Part shown: one piece after another, positions 19,698-31,381 of the stretch
How the letters are laid out: each line of letters begins with the position of its first letter
How positions within the stretch are numbered: position 1 is the first letter of the stretch
NCBI GenBank assembly: GCA_020184695.1
Contig: JAANOX010000095.1
Location: forward strand, 186,001-250,000
DNA length: 64,000 nucleotides
DNA from: Histomonas meleagridis 2922-C6/04-290x
Taxonomy: Eukaryota > Protista > Parabasalia
Reading direction: 5' to 3'
Notes under the pieces: generated by a model
What the model saw: only the letters and a program-made list of their open reading frames with translations
Databases searched by the model: none
Told to the model about the DNA's origin: nothing
Made by a program: the position numbers and the translations under genes

Positions 19698-22574
19698 ATG
19701 GAAGTTATCGATTTTTCTGCAGAAAATGTTATTGCCGCTTCAGAGCAGTCTATGGTACAGGGACCTAATCAACAAATTGCACTTGATTATCTTCGAAAAT
19801 GGTATGAAGACCAAAGTTCATTTTTTACATCTCTCAAAATTCTCCAAGAATCTAATAGTGAACCAGCAAAATTTTACTCTGCTGCTGTTCTCTCAAATAG
19901 TATTCCTGAGCATTGGAAAGATATTCAAAGTAATATTGAATTAAAAAATAATATTAAAGAAACATTATTAAGTATTGCAATGCAAATGGAGCCCAACACT
20001 ATGTGCCATTCAACTTTAATTAGAACAGTCGTTTCTATTGCTTTATTTGAATGGCCAGAAGAATGGAATTCATTTAGTACATCTCTTCTTCAACCAGATC
20101 CATCTCAAACGCCTCAATTCATTAATTCACTTAATCTTCTTTCCGAATTTGTTGAAGGAATTGATAACTCAGCTAACATTACAAATCAACGACGTCAAAA
20201 TCTTATTAATTTTTTTGTTGATCAACTCGACGTTCTTCAAAACCGTATTGCCATTTCTCTCAATGCCACTCCTGATTGTATTCCATATGCTCTTAAAATT
20301 TATAATTACCTTTTAATGTGGTCACCACTTCAGCGCGTTGTAAATTTTGAGACGATACAAAAAATTTCACTAGTTTACTTGCCGAATCAACTCACGCTAA
20401 TTCCTGCTCTTAAATGTCTTTCAACTATTTTTATAACACGTTCAGATTCTGTTACTTCATTTCGTTCTTATGGGCCATTTCTTTTACATGTATTATCGAC
20501 TTTAGCATTTCCAAATCTTCATCCTATTACAACACACATTGAGGTCATTAATTTTGTAATTCGTTTTTTACATATTTATATACCTATATTTGAACTTATC
20601 TTTATCTCTAATCAAGAAAACATTGATCAAACCATTAAAATGATGATTGATGATAATGTTACAGAATTAATTTCCACAATTCAAGCGAATAATATAACGT
20701 TTGAACAAATTCATCAAGAATTAATCCATTTAATCCAAATAATTTTATCGCTTGATCCGAGTAATATCGATGAATCATATTGGAAATTTTGGTATGATAT
20801 ATTACGTCGAATGTCATTTGAAACAATGCATAATTTAAATGTTTCTCCATCACTAAATTTTTTCAAGCCATTTTTTAATGATATTCGTCAAAACTTATTT
20901 GCCTCAATTAAAAGTGGTATAACAGAAGATGGAAAATGCATTTATCAAGCAAAAGATTCAATTTCAATGTTACTTATAATAGATAAAAATGGAACACTCG
21001 AATTTTTACGTTCTCAGCCACCTTCTCCACAACTTTGTTATTGTGTTGGATGTTTAGATTCTATTACAGAAAGAAGAACAGATATTTCATTTACACAATC
21101 AATTATCGAATTGTTCGAATTTGCGAAAAGTTGTAATGATCCTGAATACATTATTTCATTGTTATTTTGTTTATCTCATTCTTCAAGATTATTCATTGAA
21201 ATTCCAGAATTCATGGCACAATATATTGATATAGTTATTGGCTATATAAATGAAGGTAATCCTTTGATTATTGATGCTGCTGTTAATTCTTTGTTATATT
21301 TAGCAACTTTTAAACCGTCTATATTCAAAATTAGAGATAGTCAAATTATTGAACACTTAATTGAAAATTCAGAAGTTTATATAAAGAACTTAGAAAAAAC
21401 CGCTGCCATCAAGATTTTGAAAGTTTGTTGTTTTTTGGTTTCTTACGTTAAATCTCAAGAAAACATTGAAAAATTGGTTCAAACACTTTTTGAACCAGTT
21501 TTAGCGGTTATTCAAAATGCAGAAAAAAGTGACAGGGAATCGATAGAAACCGTTTTGGATATTATTTCTGAAACTTCACAATGTATTATAGCACCAGCTA
21601 ATAATATACTTAGCAATTATTTATCCCCATCACTTGTTCAACTTGCACAGGTAATGGTTCCTAATCGAACATTTGATAATGATATCATTTCCAGATTATT
21701 ACATTCAATATCATCAATTCAAGTTTCGTTACAATCATTTGAACTTATCAAGGAATCCATTTTAAACATGTCTCAACTAATGTTATTACGCGGTTATATT
21801 GAAGAATCATTTTTTGATTATTTCAAAGACTTATGTATGTGTTATCAAGAAATGAATGACTTGTATCCCTATATCTTTGCCAATTTCATCATTCCATCAT
21901 TACAATATGAAGATCCACCATTATCATCCATCTTCCTAATGATCTCCAAATTTTATCCATCAGTCATAGATCTCGAGTGGTTAGTTCAGATCTCAATTCC
22001 AGCGTTATCTGACTTACGTAGTAATGTAAATGATTCATGTTTGATTGCATTATCTAATTATTTCTATTTATCAAATCCCGACCAACTTAAGTTAACAATT
22101 GACTCAGTAATTGCACCATTACTTACGTCCATATTCCAAGGCATATCTGATTCGATGCATCAGCAGTCATATTTTCGATATGTCGACTTTTTGCAAGGCT
22201 TAATTAACATATACACGCACCTAAATACATATAATGATAATAACTTTAAACAACTTTTAGTAAACATAATGAGCCAAACTATGAAAGAGCCACAAAGCGG
22301 ATTCTTCGAGCAGTTCGTAAATTATATAATCGCTTCGCAGTCATCGTCATATGACTTTAAGAACGCGTTCATAAACTTGTTGATTACATTGAGGAAATTG
22401 TCGCCAGGCGACACAAACTTGTTTAAGGTGGAGCCGCTAAGAAGTTCATCGATATTTAAGATGCTCTTCGACCAAATGCTAAATGGAAAAGGAGCTTTCG
22501 TGTTCTCTTTGCCAGGAATGTTCGAACTTGAAATTAAACCACAGCAACAAAATGGAGATAACCAAAATAAGTAA
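19698..22574 (+). CDS. Karyopherin-beta family exportin (CRM1/Xpo1-like)
   Basis: Importin-beta N-terminal-like start (QQIALDYLRKW...AKFYSAAVLSNSIPEHW) and Xpo1-like VSIALFEWPEEWNSF motif; 958 aa of HEAT-like helices. Confidence 0.75.
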   Translation: MEVIDFSAENVIAASEQSMVQGPNQQIALDYLRKWYEDQSSFFTSLKILQESNSEPAKFYSAAVLSNSIPEHWKDIQSNIELKNNIKETLLSIAMQMEPNTMCHSTLIRTVVSIALFEWPEEWNSFSTSLLQPDPSQTPQFINSLNLLSEFVEGIDNSANITNQRRQNLINFFVDQLDVLQNRIAISLNATPDCIPYALKIYNYLLMWSPLQRVVNFETIQKISLVYLPNQLTLIPALKCLSTIFITRSDSVTSFRSYGPFLLHVLSTLAFPNLHPITTHIEVINFVIRFLHIYIPIFELIFISNQENIDQTIKMMIDDNVTELISTIQANNITFEQIHQELIHLIQIILSLDPSNIDESYWKFWYDILRRMSFETMHNLNVSPSLNFFKPFFNDIRQNLFASIKSGITEDGKCIYQAKDSISMLLIIDKNGTLEFLRSQPPSPQLCYCVGCLDSITERRTDISFTQSIIELFEFAKSCNDPEYIISLLFCLSHSSRLFIEIPEFMAQYIDIVIGYINEGNPLIIDAAVNSLLYLATFKPSIFKIRDSQIIEHLIENSEVYIKNLEKTAAIKILKVCCFLVSYVKSQENIEKLVQTLFEPVLAVIQNAEKSDRESIETVLDIISETSQCIIAPANNILSNYLSPSLVQLAQVMVPNRTFDNDIISRLLHSISSIQVSLQSFELIKESILNMSQLMLLRGYIEESFFDYFKDLCMCYQEMNDLYPYIFANFIIPSLQYEDPPLSSIFLMISKFYPSVIDLEWLVQISIPALSDLRSNVNDSCLIALSNYFYLSNPDQLKLTIDSVIAPLLTSIFQGISDSMHQQSYFRYVDFLQGLINIYTHLNTYNDNNFKQLLVNIMSQTMKEPQSGFFEQFVNYIIASQSSSYDFKNAFINLLITLRKLSPGDTNLFKVEPLRSSSIFKMLFDQMLNGKGAFVFSLPGMFELEIKPQQQNGDNQNK

Positions 22575-23594
22575 AATATATTGTTTGTCTTCAATAATAT
22601 ATAATTGTTGATTTAAAAAAGAAGTGAAACTTTGTTTAAAAAAGTATTTTTCCTATTCCTGCAAAGTAAAATTTAAACCACAAAGTACTCTTAAGTTTTT
22701 TAAAATATTATCAGTTGCCATTTTGAGCGCAATGTGTAAATATTTAATATATCAAAATGGAAAAAAATTAAAAGCTTTGAGGTAGCTTAGGAAAGATTAC
22801 TAATAAATATTGCAACCCACAAAATGATTGAGCAATGATTTTGACATTAGACACAATTCAAATAGATTCAATGACAACAAATTTTCCAATCAAACAAAAA
22901 AATTGGAAATTCAAATTATTTAAAACAGCGCTTATAAAATTATCTTTATGAAAACATCTCATTCATCTTTGAATTCTTATTCCTGTTTCAAAAGTATTTA
23001 AATGATCTCTTTCTTCATAAATATTTTGTTCAGTTGATTTATTCCTTGATGTCATTTCATTTATTAATTCTAAATACAATTATAATAATAAGAACTAAAA
23101 TTGATATAATACAGATAAATATTATTATGATTATTATCGTTTTTATTATTTATATTTTCATATAAATTTATGAGCGTGAAATATCTATATGCATATTTTA
23201 GAAAAACAATTTATAACAACAAATTCTTTTGCGAACACTTTCGAATATGAATGGAGAAAATCATACATGATAAAAAACATATTAAATGCAAAGACTTTAA
23301 TTATATTTTTTCCAATTGGACATTATTAAATGTTCGAATATTTTGATATAAATGAGCCAAAATATTAGTTTTTCTGAAAACAAATAATATCTGGATAGAA
23401 TACCATCATGAAAGACGATATTTTTGTATTTTGATGTACAACATTTTCAGTATGCATCAATCGTTCTGCTCACAAAAACTTTTGTAAACTACACAAATCA
23501 AGGTGAGGTGAAGTGAAAATGCGATAAATGAAGAATGGATTTATCTTAATATTTATTCAAAATTATTGAGAATCATATTGAAATTATATATCTC

Positions 23595-23630
23595 CCTTTT
23601 TTAAATAGCCATTGCAAAAATCACATCACT
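23595..23630 (+). promoter_or_regulatory. Trichomonad-type core promoter (M5 CCTTT + Inr TCACT)
   Basis: CCTTT at 23595-23599 and TCACT at 23626-23630, 8 nt before the ATG at 23639; matches motifs described for Trichomonas vaginalis. Confidence 0.5.
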
Positions 23631-23638
23631 TTATTTTA

Positions 23639-24088
23639 ATGTCCCTTAAAATAATCTCTGAAGGATCAAATTATTCTGCAATAAATGTTGGTCCAGCTTC
23701 TGAAATTGAAAAGTATGTATTAGAAGCTCATGGTGAGAAGATCCAAGGAAAAGTTTTCATTCAACAACCACTTCATTTAACTGGATCTGAAATATCATAT
23801 ACATCTATTCCACCTGGTGTACAACTTCCATTCTTCCATTCCCATAAGGAAAATGAAGAAGTATTCATTATTATCAAAGGAAAAGGTGAATTTCAAGTTG
23901 ATGATACTGTTTTCCCGATTGAAGAAGGTTCTGTTATTCGTACTGGCACTGGTGCAAGTCGCTGTTACAAGAACACAGGTACCGAACCACTTGTGATAAT
24001 CTGCATCCAAACACTTGAATCCAAGGAGCCACTCAAGACTGGACACGATGCGGAGTTCCTTCAAACCACTCCAAGATTCACTCAGTAA
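23639..24088 (+). CDS. Cupin-domain protein, copy 1 (bacterial type)
   Basis: 149 aa from ATG 23639 with cupin motifs FFHSHKENEEVFIIIKGKG and EEGSVIR...YKNTG. Confidence 0.9.
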   Translation: MSLKIISEGSNYSAINVGPASEIEKYVLEAHGEKIQGKVFIQQPLHLTGSEISYTSIPPGVQLPFFHSHKENEEVFIIIKGKGEFQVDDTVFPIEEGSVIRTGTGASRCYKNTGTEPLVIICIQTLESKEPLKTGHDAEFLQTTPRFTQ

Positions 24089-24229
24089 ACAAAGTGAACA
24101 CCAAATTCATTTTTAATTCCAACTTTATCACCAAACATTAAAACTGTTCTCATTATATATTAAATTATAATTTGAGCGATGACAATTTAAAGCATAAAAT
24201 AACAAATAAACAAATATTTACTATTAAAA

Positions 24230-24658
24230 TCAGTCGCTTTCCAACTCACTTTCATCATCCATAGCATTTTCCTCGTGCAGCCTTTTCAGCGCGTGATTAT
24301 TTTCGATTTTTTCTACTGACACCAAATTCCCATTTTGGTTCATTTGGTTCAGCATTTGCGCTAACTCAGGCGTCAGTCCCAATTTATCGTTAATGAATTG
24401 TTCCTTTTCTCTTTTCTCAGCTTCCTCATCATAAACGTCGTTTTCATCGAATCCAACGATCAATAACACAAACGCTGTTTTATCCCTCATCACAGTTAAG
24501 AAGAAATGTCTCACAATTTCTTCGAAAACTTCATTCAAATCCTTTATAGCATCAGAAGTATTCTCATTATTATTCACAGTTCCATCATTCCACAACTTAT
24601 TAATCACATAAAAATAACTCAACGTAAAAACTTTGGATATTATATAAATAACACACAA
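24230..24658 (-). CDS. Hypothetical acidic protein or gene fragment
   Basis: 142-aa ORF whose C-terminal two-thirds have coding-like composition; no recognised family and the start is doubtful. Confidence 0.35.
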   Translation of the reverse strand: MCVIYIISKVFTLSYFYVINKLWNDGTVNNNENTSDAIKDLNEVFEEIVRHFFLTVMRDKTAFVLLIVGFDENDVYDEEAEKREKEQFINDKLGLTPELAQMLNQMNQNGNLVSVEKIENNHALKRLHEENAMDDESELESD

Positions 24659-25398
24659 ACATGCATCAATTTTTTATTGATTTTGTTTATAAAATTGTAT
24701 ATGTTTTTAAAAGTAATAGTAACTTTTCGATGGATTATGTTTATAATTTTAGTTGAATAAAAATTTTAGTATCGAATCGAACGATACAACAACATTTATC
24801 ATTTTTTCTTAAAATGTGAAACAAAAAATGTGTGTGAAATTATAGTAAGTGTTAGTATGAATGAATATGAAAATGTAAATGTTGATGAATATGATAAAAT
24901 TTAAAATTATATCAAGTAAATAAACAAACTTTCTCTTCATAGAACCTGCTATTCAATTTTGAGAAAAAATAAATTTCCGGGGAGACCGTTCATGAATTTA
25001 TCGAATAATCAGTTTTTATTCAATTTAGTGTGCCCCACCTTTAAATAAGATTTTCTTTTCTTTGTTAAATTTGGTTTCTTTGAAAATCATATAATTTCCC
25101 TACAAATCAATTTTTTTATGATAATATAAATAATGGATATTCTAGGTATAATAATTTAATAATTTCTTTCCTATCATAAATAGCAATCAATTGATATATC
25201 AATTATATAGATGTACAATGATTTTCCAGTTGATTGATGAATAATTTTTTTTGATCTAAGAACAAAATAATTGTATTAAACTTTGATTTTAATCTTTATA
25301 TATGGATTAACATTTCTTCTTACATTATTTATATTATCTCTCACAGAAACTCGACTTATTAAAAACACATATCACGATAGAAAGTGGGTAATTAATGT

Positions 25399-25520
25399 TA
25401 TGTTTCAGAATTATATTTGGAAATTATTCTAAACATTCAACACAGCATTTATGAAAGCATCTAATAATGGTAATCTAGAAATAGTTAAATTACTTCTTGA
25501 ACATTAAGGAGTTGATATTA
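25399..25520 (+). pseudogene. Orphan single ankyrin repeat with two intact 17-nt spacers and an in-frame stop
   Basis: TAT(25399)-17 nt-GGA(25419)-17 nt-AAC(25439)-ACA gives Y-G-N-TAFMKASNNGNLEIVKLLLEH*GVDIK. Confidence 0.7.
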
Positions 25521-26626
25521 AGGTTACGATCTATGTTTATTATAAAATAGGTTTAACCGATTTAAATAAAAAGTGATTGAACCTCAAAATATCTTCTTTA
25601 ATAAACAATATTTTTTAAGATTAATAAATACATTTATTATGAAAATAGCTATTTAAATTTAAATTGTGATATTATATTCAGAATTTAAAGAGAGAAAAAA
25701 AATTAGTAAAATTGATTATTTATAAATTCGAGCCTTTTCTTCCTGCTTATAGGATATGATCTAAGTTATTTCTTAGATATTAACTTCAATCATTTTCATG
25801 ATTTTGTTTTCGTTATTTTTGATTTTGTGCGTAATCTGTAGTTGATATATTATTGTTTTTTTTAATAAAATATGATATTTTCTTAATTATTGTTTTCTCG
25901 AATTTAATACAAATTGTCATGTGAATCACATTATTAATTAATATTAAAATTAAATTAATTTATTTTCTTAATAATAATTTTGTAAAAAAAAAGAGAGAGA
26001 GATGGCGGAGACACTTTTTGAGCAAAGCTCTTGATAACTTATCTTAACCAAATTGTTATCTTATTTTTTTATGAGCAATCTCCAAAATTTCAAAATGCTT
26101 TTTTGGGCTATAGGTTCAAATACAAAAGTTCAAATTCAATAAATATTTTTTTTTTCATTCTGTTTTTAAGTTATACAAGATTTTCAATATCTATAGATCA
26201 GAGCAAAAATTCAAAAATCGATCTGAGCAATAGATAGATTTGTCAATTTTCCACACCACCAGTTGGTTGACAGTGTCTTTTCCAATAGTTCATCCATTTT
26301 ACTTTGTATCAATAATTTTTCTTGTTTAACCATGATGCTTCACTTCATTTGTTAAATTTATTAAAGTGTTCCTAATTGGGGTTATGTTTATGGAAATGTA
26401 TTAAATTAATTTACTTTCATATGAAATATTTCTATAACTTTTTGATTCACTTTTAATCGTACTTCTCTGAAATGGATTCAAAGAATTTTGCCGACAGACG
26501 TCGACGACCGTTATACGATAAAATAACTTTTTGAAAGTGACAAGAGCGCACGTTAGCGCCTTCTTCAATAAATAAATGTTCCACTTGTTGAATAATTTAT
26601 TCAGTATTTACTTTTCTGTACCTTTC

Positions 26627-28597
26627 TTAGTGCGCCTTTGCGATGATTTCCTTCAGTTCGTCAATTGACGTCACCAACTTCGTTGCCTTTCCTTGTACTT
26701 CCTCAGCAACTTTCTCTATTTTGCTGTCGAGTTTCGCCTGTGCGTCTTCAAGCTTCAGGTATCCCTCGGTCACTTTCTGCGCTATTTGTTCTCCGACTGT
26801 ACTTCCTGTGAATATCTTTGCGACCAAGTCCAAGTCCCTGCAGAACTCGCTCGAGCCCTCCATGTTAATGAACTCCAAAAATCGTTTCTCTGATAACTCA
26901 ATGATTGTTCCTACGTTACCCGATGCGTCTTTGTACACATCCAATCCATCGCTTACAGTTTTCACTAATGTCAATGTAACGCTTTTAGCCTTATCCAAAG
27001 CTTCGTCAATTTCCTTGTAGAACGTAGTGTTGAGTCCTAAGAGGACAAGTTTCGCAAGTGTAATCTCTGCTGCTGATTGTATCTCTTGTGGAATTGATGA
27101 AATTGATTTCTGGACTTCATTAATGATTTGTACTCCTTGTTTAACTACGTCGTATTTCGTTACGTCGATTCCAAGTTCTTTAAGGTCATTAATTGCCTCT
27201 GTAACATCAGCACGACGTAATGATTCGATTGATGACTTACCTTGTTCAATGAAGCCTTTTCCTTGTTTGTATATTGCATCTCCTTGTTTATATAATTGTT
27301 CTCCTTTCGAATATATATCAAGTGCATTCTTTAATATTTGACTCTGCTCACTAACTTTCGCGATGTCAATACCTGCTTGCTTAAGTACCGAAAGTGCACT
27401 TGTAAGATCTCCTTTCTTTGCTGCATCATAAGCGGCTTTACCTAATTCAAGTTTCTCCTTTCCTTGTTTGTATAATGTCTCGCCTTGATAATAGTATTCA
27501 GATCCTTTCTCAAATAGTTCTTGCGCTTTTGTGTATAATGAATTAGTACGTACATCGAGGCCTAACTCTGCAAGTCCTTCAATAGCTCTTCCGAAATGTC
27601 CCGTTTTGATCGATTCGACAACTTGTTTACCTTTCTTATACATATCATAACCTCGTTGATAATACTCTAGACCTTGTTGAAGTAATTCGCTTTGCGATAT
27701 TAATTTCTTCGCTACATCAGGCGAGATAAGTGACGTAACGCCGCTTATGATTTGTGCATAATTACCATTCTTGATGCCTTTGTAGACCATTTCGCCTTGC
27801 TTGTATAACTGTTGTGCTTCAGCTGCCTTCTGCGCAACTGTGCCAATTGTTCCGCCAATGCTTCCGCCAACTGCTGTCGCAATGCCGCCAAGCGCTGACA
27901 CGAAATCTTTCTCTTTAACGCCTTGGTATATGGACATTCCGGCTTGGTACAATGCATATGCTTTGTATGCTGTGGACATTGTGGCCGCTATGGATGCTGC
28001 AAGACCAATTTGTCCAACAACTGGAACAAAACATGTGACAAACCCAACATATGGAGCAACTGCTTTAACTGTCTTAAAGGCCCTTTTGACTTCTTTCTTG
28101 ACTTCATTTACAACGGGCTTATATGCTTTGGCTGCTGCTTTGAGATCTTTGACGACGCTTTTACTTACATCTTTGATGATTTGACCGGCTTTGCCTGGAT
28201 TGACAGCTATCTTGGCGGCGGCTTTAGTGATCTTTCCGGCAATTTTCACTGCTTTTTCAGTTGCTTTGATGGTACTTTTGACAACTTGTGTAACAGGTTT
28301 GGTGACCTTTTTCACAACCTTCTTTATCTTTTTGAAGAGACCATTTTTGACAGGATCATATTCATAAACAAAATCTCCACTTTCATCAAGTTCATATACA
28401 TACTCGTATTCGTCTTCATCTTCATTGTCTTCTTCTGAAGGATATATAATTTCTGTTTTATGTATGATTTCATCATAATCATGTTTGCGCATTTTATCTA
28501 AGAGACTCCTAATAGCAGCATTATTAAATTTATATATTTGTGGGCGTTGTTTGCATAAGCTAATAACATTAAACAGACAAAATGTTGGGAGAAACAT
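26627..28597 (-). CDS. Secreted helical-repeat protein with acidic pro-like segment, cationic amphipathic helix and hydrophobic hairpin
   Basis: 656-aa ORF: signal-like N-terminus, EEDNEDEDEYEY, GLFKKIKKVVKKV, hydrophobic VAPYVGFVTCFVPVVGQIGLAASIAA, and repeated YxQG/LxELGxDV units. Confidence 0.85.
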   Translation of the reverse strand: MFLPTFCLFNVISLCKQRPQIYKFNNAAIRSLLDKMRKHDYDEIIHKTEIIYPSEEDNEDEDEYEYVYELDESGDFVYEYDPVKNGLFKKIKKVVKKVTKPVTQVVKSTIKATEKAVKIAGKITKAAAKIAVNPGKAGQIIKDVSKSVVKDLKAAAKAYKPVVNEVKKEVKRAFKTVKAVAPYVGFVTCFVPVVGQIGLAASIAATMSTAYKAYALYQAGMSIYQGVKEKDFVSALGGIATAVGGSIGGTIGTVAQKAAEAQQLYKQGEMVYKGIKNGNYAQIISGVTSLISPDVAKKLISQSELLQQGLEYYQRGYDMYKKGKQVVESIKTGHFGRAIEGLAELGLDVRTNSLYTKAQELFEKGSEYYYQGETLYKQGKEKLELGKAAYDAAKKGDLTSALSVLKQAGIDIAKVSEQSQILKNALDIYSKGEQLYKQGDAIYKQGKGFIEQGKSSIESLRRADVTEAINDLKELGIDVTKYDVVKQGVQIINEVQKSISSIPQEIQSAAEITLAKLVLLGLNTTFYKEIDEALDKAKSVTLTLVKTVSDGLDVYKDASGNVGTIIELSEKRFLEFINMEGSSEFCRDLDLVAKIFTGSTVGEQIAQKVTEGYLKLEDAQAKLDSKIEKVAEEVQGKATKLVTSIDELKEIIAKAH

Positions 28598-29590
28598 TTG
28601 TGTTTATGACATAGCATTTGACAACGGTTTTATACAAAAGAGAAATGCTCATAATTCAATTTTCAATACATCATTATCCAACGAAATCATTCAAAACGAT
28701 CGTTACGGTTTGAAAAACAAACCGTTGTCTTGTCAATCAATTTTCAATCGAAAATTTATCTCTTAAAACTCTTTTGTTTAATGACAACCTACAAGTTTTA
28801 TAATTTCTTTGTGTGCATTATGATATGACATTATTTTCATAGTCAGGTTAAGACTGATTTTCAGGAATAATTTTTGAGCTCTATTAACTGGCTTTGATGA
28901 AATTGTGCCTACTTGATAATGTTGAAATGTAGATAATATTTAATATTGTGCTTCACAAGTTTCCTTTCGGCATAAACAATTTTTAGCCTTTATATTGAAA
29001 GTTTGAGTGGATATGTTTTGATATTTTAAGTAATTTATTATATCCTTATTTCCTATGATATAGTAGAAATTCTGATAAAAAGTATCCAAATATGATAATT
29101 TTTTATCTTAAAAAAGATTTTGCTAGCAACCATTTTTTGATTCATTATTTGACCAAGTTTTCTAATCGATATTACATGAATTAATATAAACAACAACCCG
29201 AAATATAATATTCATAATAAAATCGGAACTATTAATTTTGAAACTCTAAAATTTTATCGCGAACACCAATAAGATCTGAAAATAAAGATAAATATGATTT
29301 ACTCTAAAAATCATTATAAATTTTTTTATCTTTTATCTTTTTTAATTCAATAAGCAAAAATACATAGATAATATATGATGCTTTCATACTTCAAACTCTA
29401 ATATTTGGAATGTACTTTTATCTATTATAAAAGAATATATTCTCTATCATATAATAATTTTTACTTCTTTATATGTTTCATATATATACATAGAAATGAA
29501 ATATCATTTTGTATAATTCATCCAAAATTTCGAAAGTTTAAATCATTGAATTCACAAAATTTCATTAACATTATTTATTATATAGATAAC

Positions 29591-30448
29591 CTAAAGCTCT
29601 TCTCTTTCTTTTTCCAAATTGCATATAGCGTTCATATCTAATGAATCAAACACTTCGCACTTATGCGTCTTCGCGTACCCACAAAACACTTTGTTTGTGT
29701 CTTCTTCCCACTCATTGATATAGTCTACAATGTTTTCAACAAGTGTACAAACATTTTCGTCGTTCGAGCTGTTCATCAATTGAAGTAATTTTTGTTTCGT
29801 TTTCAGATTTTCTTGTTCTGATCCATATGCAACAAGTTCTTTGATTGTCTTCTTATGGCATTTTTTGCCATTAATAAGTAAAGAGAATATGGAATATGCT
29901 GAATTAATTAAGTTTTTGTTGTCGTCACATTTGGTTAATATTTCAAATAGATAATCATTTTCACATCTGTAATTATCATTACCTTCAGATATGAGTAAAT
30001 GTGTTAGATTGAGCATTAAATTGATATATTCGTGTTTAACTGAACATTGCTTGGTTCGAAGAAGAATCCCTGATCGAAGAGATTCAATGGTTTGCCTTTC
30101 TTGTGACTTATCAAGAAGTATTTGCTTAGAAGTGGCATTCGCATGAACTCTTTGAACATATGCAGAAAGTAATTTGAGACTTTTGGCTGAATCTTCTTTA
30201 TGATTCATAGAAATATCTCCAAGGAATTTGATCATTGACTCATCATCAAAACGCTTGGCTGAGTTGAGGATCTTGAACAATGCTGGGAGAAGAAGAGTTA
30301 AGCCTATTAAACATATGATGCTCGTAATCATTTGAATTGTATCAAAATTTCTTTCAGCCCAATCCATTATGCCTCCTTCATTTTTTTCTTGTTTTTTCTC
30401 TTTCCTTTTCTCTTGTTTGATATTTATTTGTTTCTTTTGCTTAGTCAT
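29591..30448 (-). CDS. Single-pass membrane protein with KDEL-like C-terminus (REEL)
   Basis: Basic N-terminus, one TM segment (MITSIICLIGLTLLLPALF), Cys-containing helical region; ends in REEL. Confidence 0.7.
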   Translation of the reverse strand: MTKQKKQINIKQEKRKEKKQEKNEGGIMDWAERNFDTIQMITSIICLIGLTLLLPALFKILNSAKRFDDESMIKFLGDISMNHKEDSAKSLKLLSAYVQRVHANATSKQILLDKSQERQTIESLRSGILLRTKQCSVKHEYINLMLNLTHLLISEGNDNYRCENDYLFEILTKCDDNKNLINSAYSIFSLLINGKKCHKKTIKELVAYGSEQENLKTKQKLLQLMNSSNDENVCTLVENIVDYINEWEEDTNKVFCGYAKTHKCEVFDSLDMNAICNLEKEREEL

Positions 30449-30498
30449 TTATGAAATGTGAGATGAAATTTGATCTTGAAGATGAACGTTAAGGAAAT

Positions 30499-31137
30499 AT
30501 GGAAGAAAAGAAAAAAGCATTTGAATTAAAATCAAATACAATAATTGAAGATATGCACCTTGTGCCTCCTGCATATACACTTTCAGCTAAAGATTTTCAA
30601 GTTGTTCATAAAATTTATGATATGCTCAATTTTAATCATTTGGGACTTGATGATGTTGTTTTTGGCTTATTTGTTTCATCACTCCTTGAAGGAAATTCAG
30701 AAGCACATCAATTTTTATTTGATTTATTTGATACAGATGGAAGTAACAGAGTTGAATTTGATGAATTTTATTTATTAATACTAATTCTTGTAGCATTAAA
30801 AGACAATCAAGCAATTCCTTTCTTTGCCCAAAATACAAGAGTATGTTTTGATCTACTTGATATTGAAAGCATGGGAATGATCACAATGCGTCAAGCAGTA
30901 TATTTAAGTGTTCTCTTAAACATAGACAAGAAAATCATTGACCAAAAGTTTATAGAGTTTGACACATCCAACAACAATGCACTTGAATTTGATGAGTTCG
31001 AATTATTCATTATGTCAGTTCTCGATAACACTCAAAGCACAAGCAACAAAAAGTCAAAACGCGAACTCGCAAACCAACACTTAGAAGAGAAAAGAGCGAT
31101 GTCAGATCCTCCTAAAAAAGAATGTATCTTAATTTAA
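30499..31137 (+). CDS. EF-hand calcium-binding protein with C-terminal CaaX (CILI)
   Basis: EF loops DTDGSNRVEFDE, DIESMGMITMRQ and DTSNNNALEFDE; ends KKECILI. Confidence 0.85.
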   Translation: MEEKKKAFELKSNTIIEDMHLVPPAYTLSAKDFQVVHKIYDMLNFNHLGLDDVVFGLFVSSLLEGNSEAHQFLFDLFDTDGSNRVEFDEFYLLILILVALKDNQAIPFFAQNTRVCFDLLDIESMGMITMRQAVYLSVLLNIDKKIIDQKFIEFDTSNNNALEFDEFELFIMSVLDNTQSTSNKKSKRELANQHLEEKRAMSDPPKKECILI

Positions 31138-31381
31138 AATAAATAAATTGTTTTTTAAAATAAAAAAAGCGAATTTTTAACTTTCTAAAATTCCTTTCGA
31201 TGTTACTCATGTTTTTCTTTCACTGTTTCCCCCATAAACTATTCAATTTTCACAGAAACTGTTCCAGTAAAAGGTGATTCGTAATCCATGTGAAAAAACA
31301 TTTTACCAATAAGTTTTAATGAAAGTTTAAGTTAAAAGAACATTTAAATTTACGCAAAAATATTTTTAATAAATTCTCCCT

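Noticed and set aside
26643-28438. Several 100-170 aa plus-strand ORFs
   Set aside because: Antisense shadows of the GC-richer 656-aa gene; the same applies to ORFs such as 37232-37780, 19368-19694 and 31995-32324.
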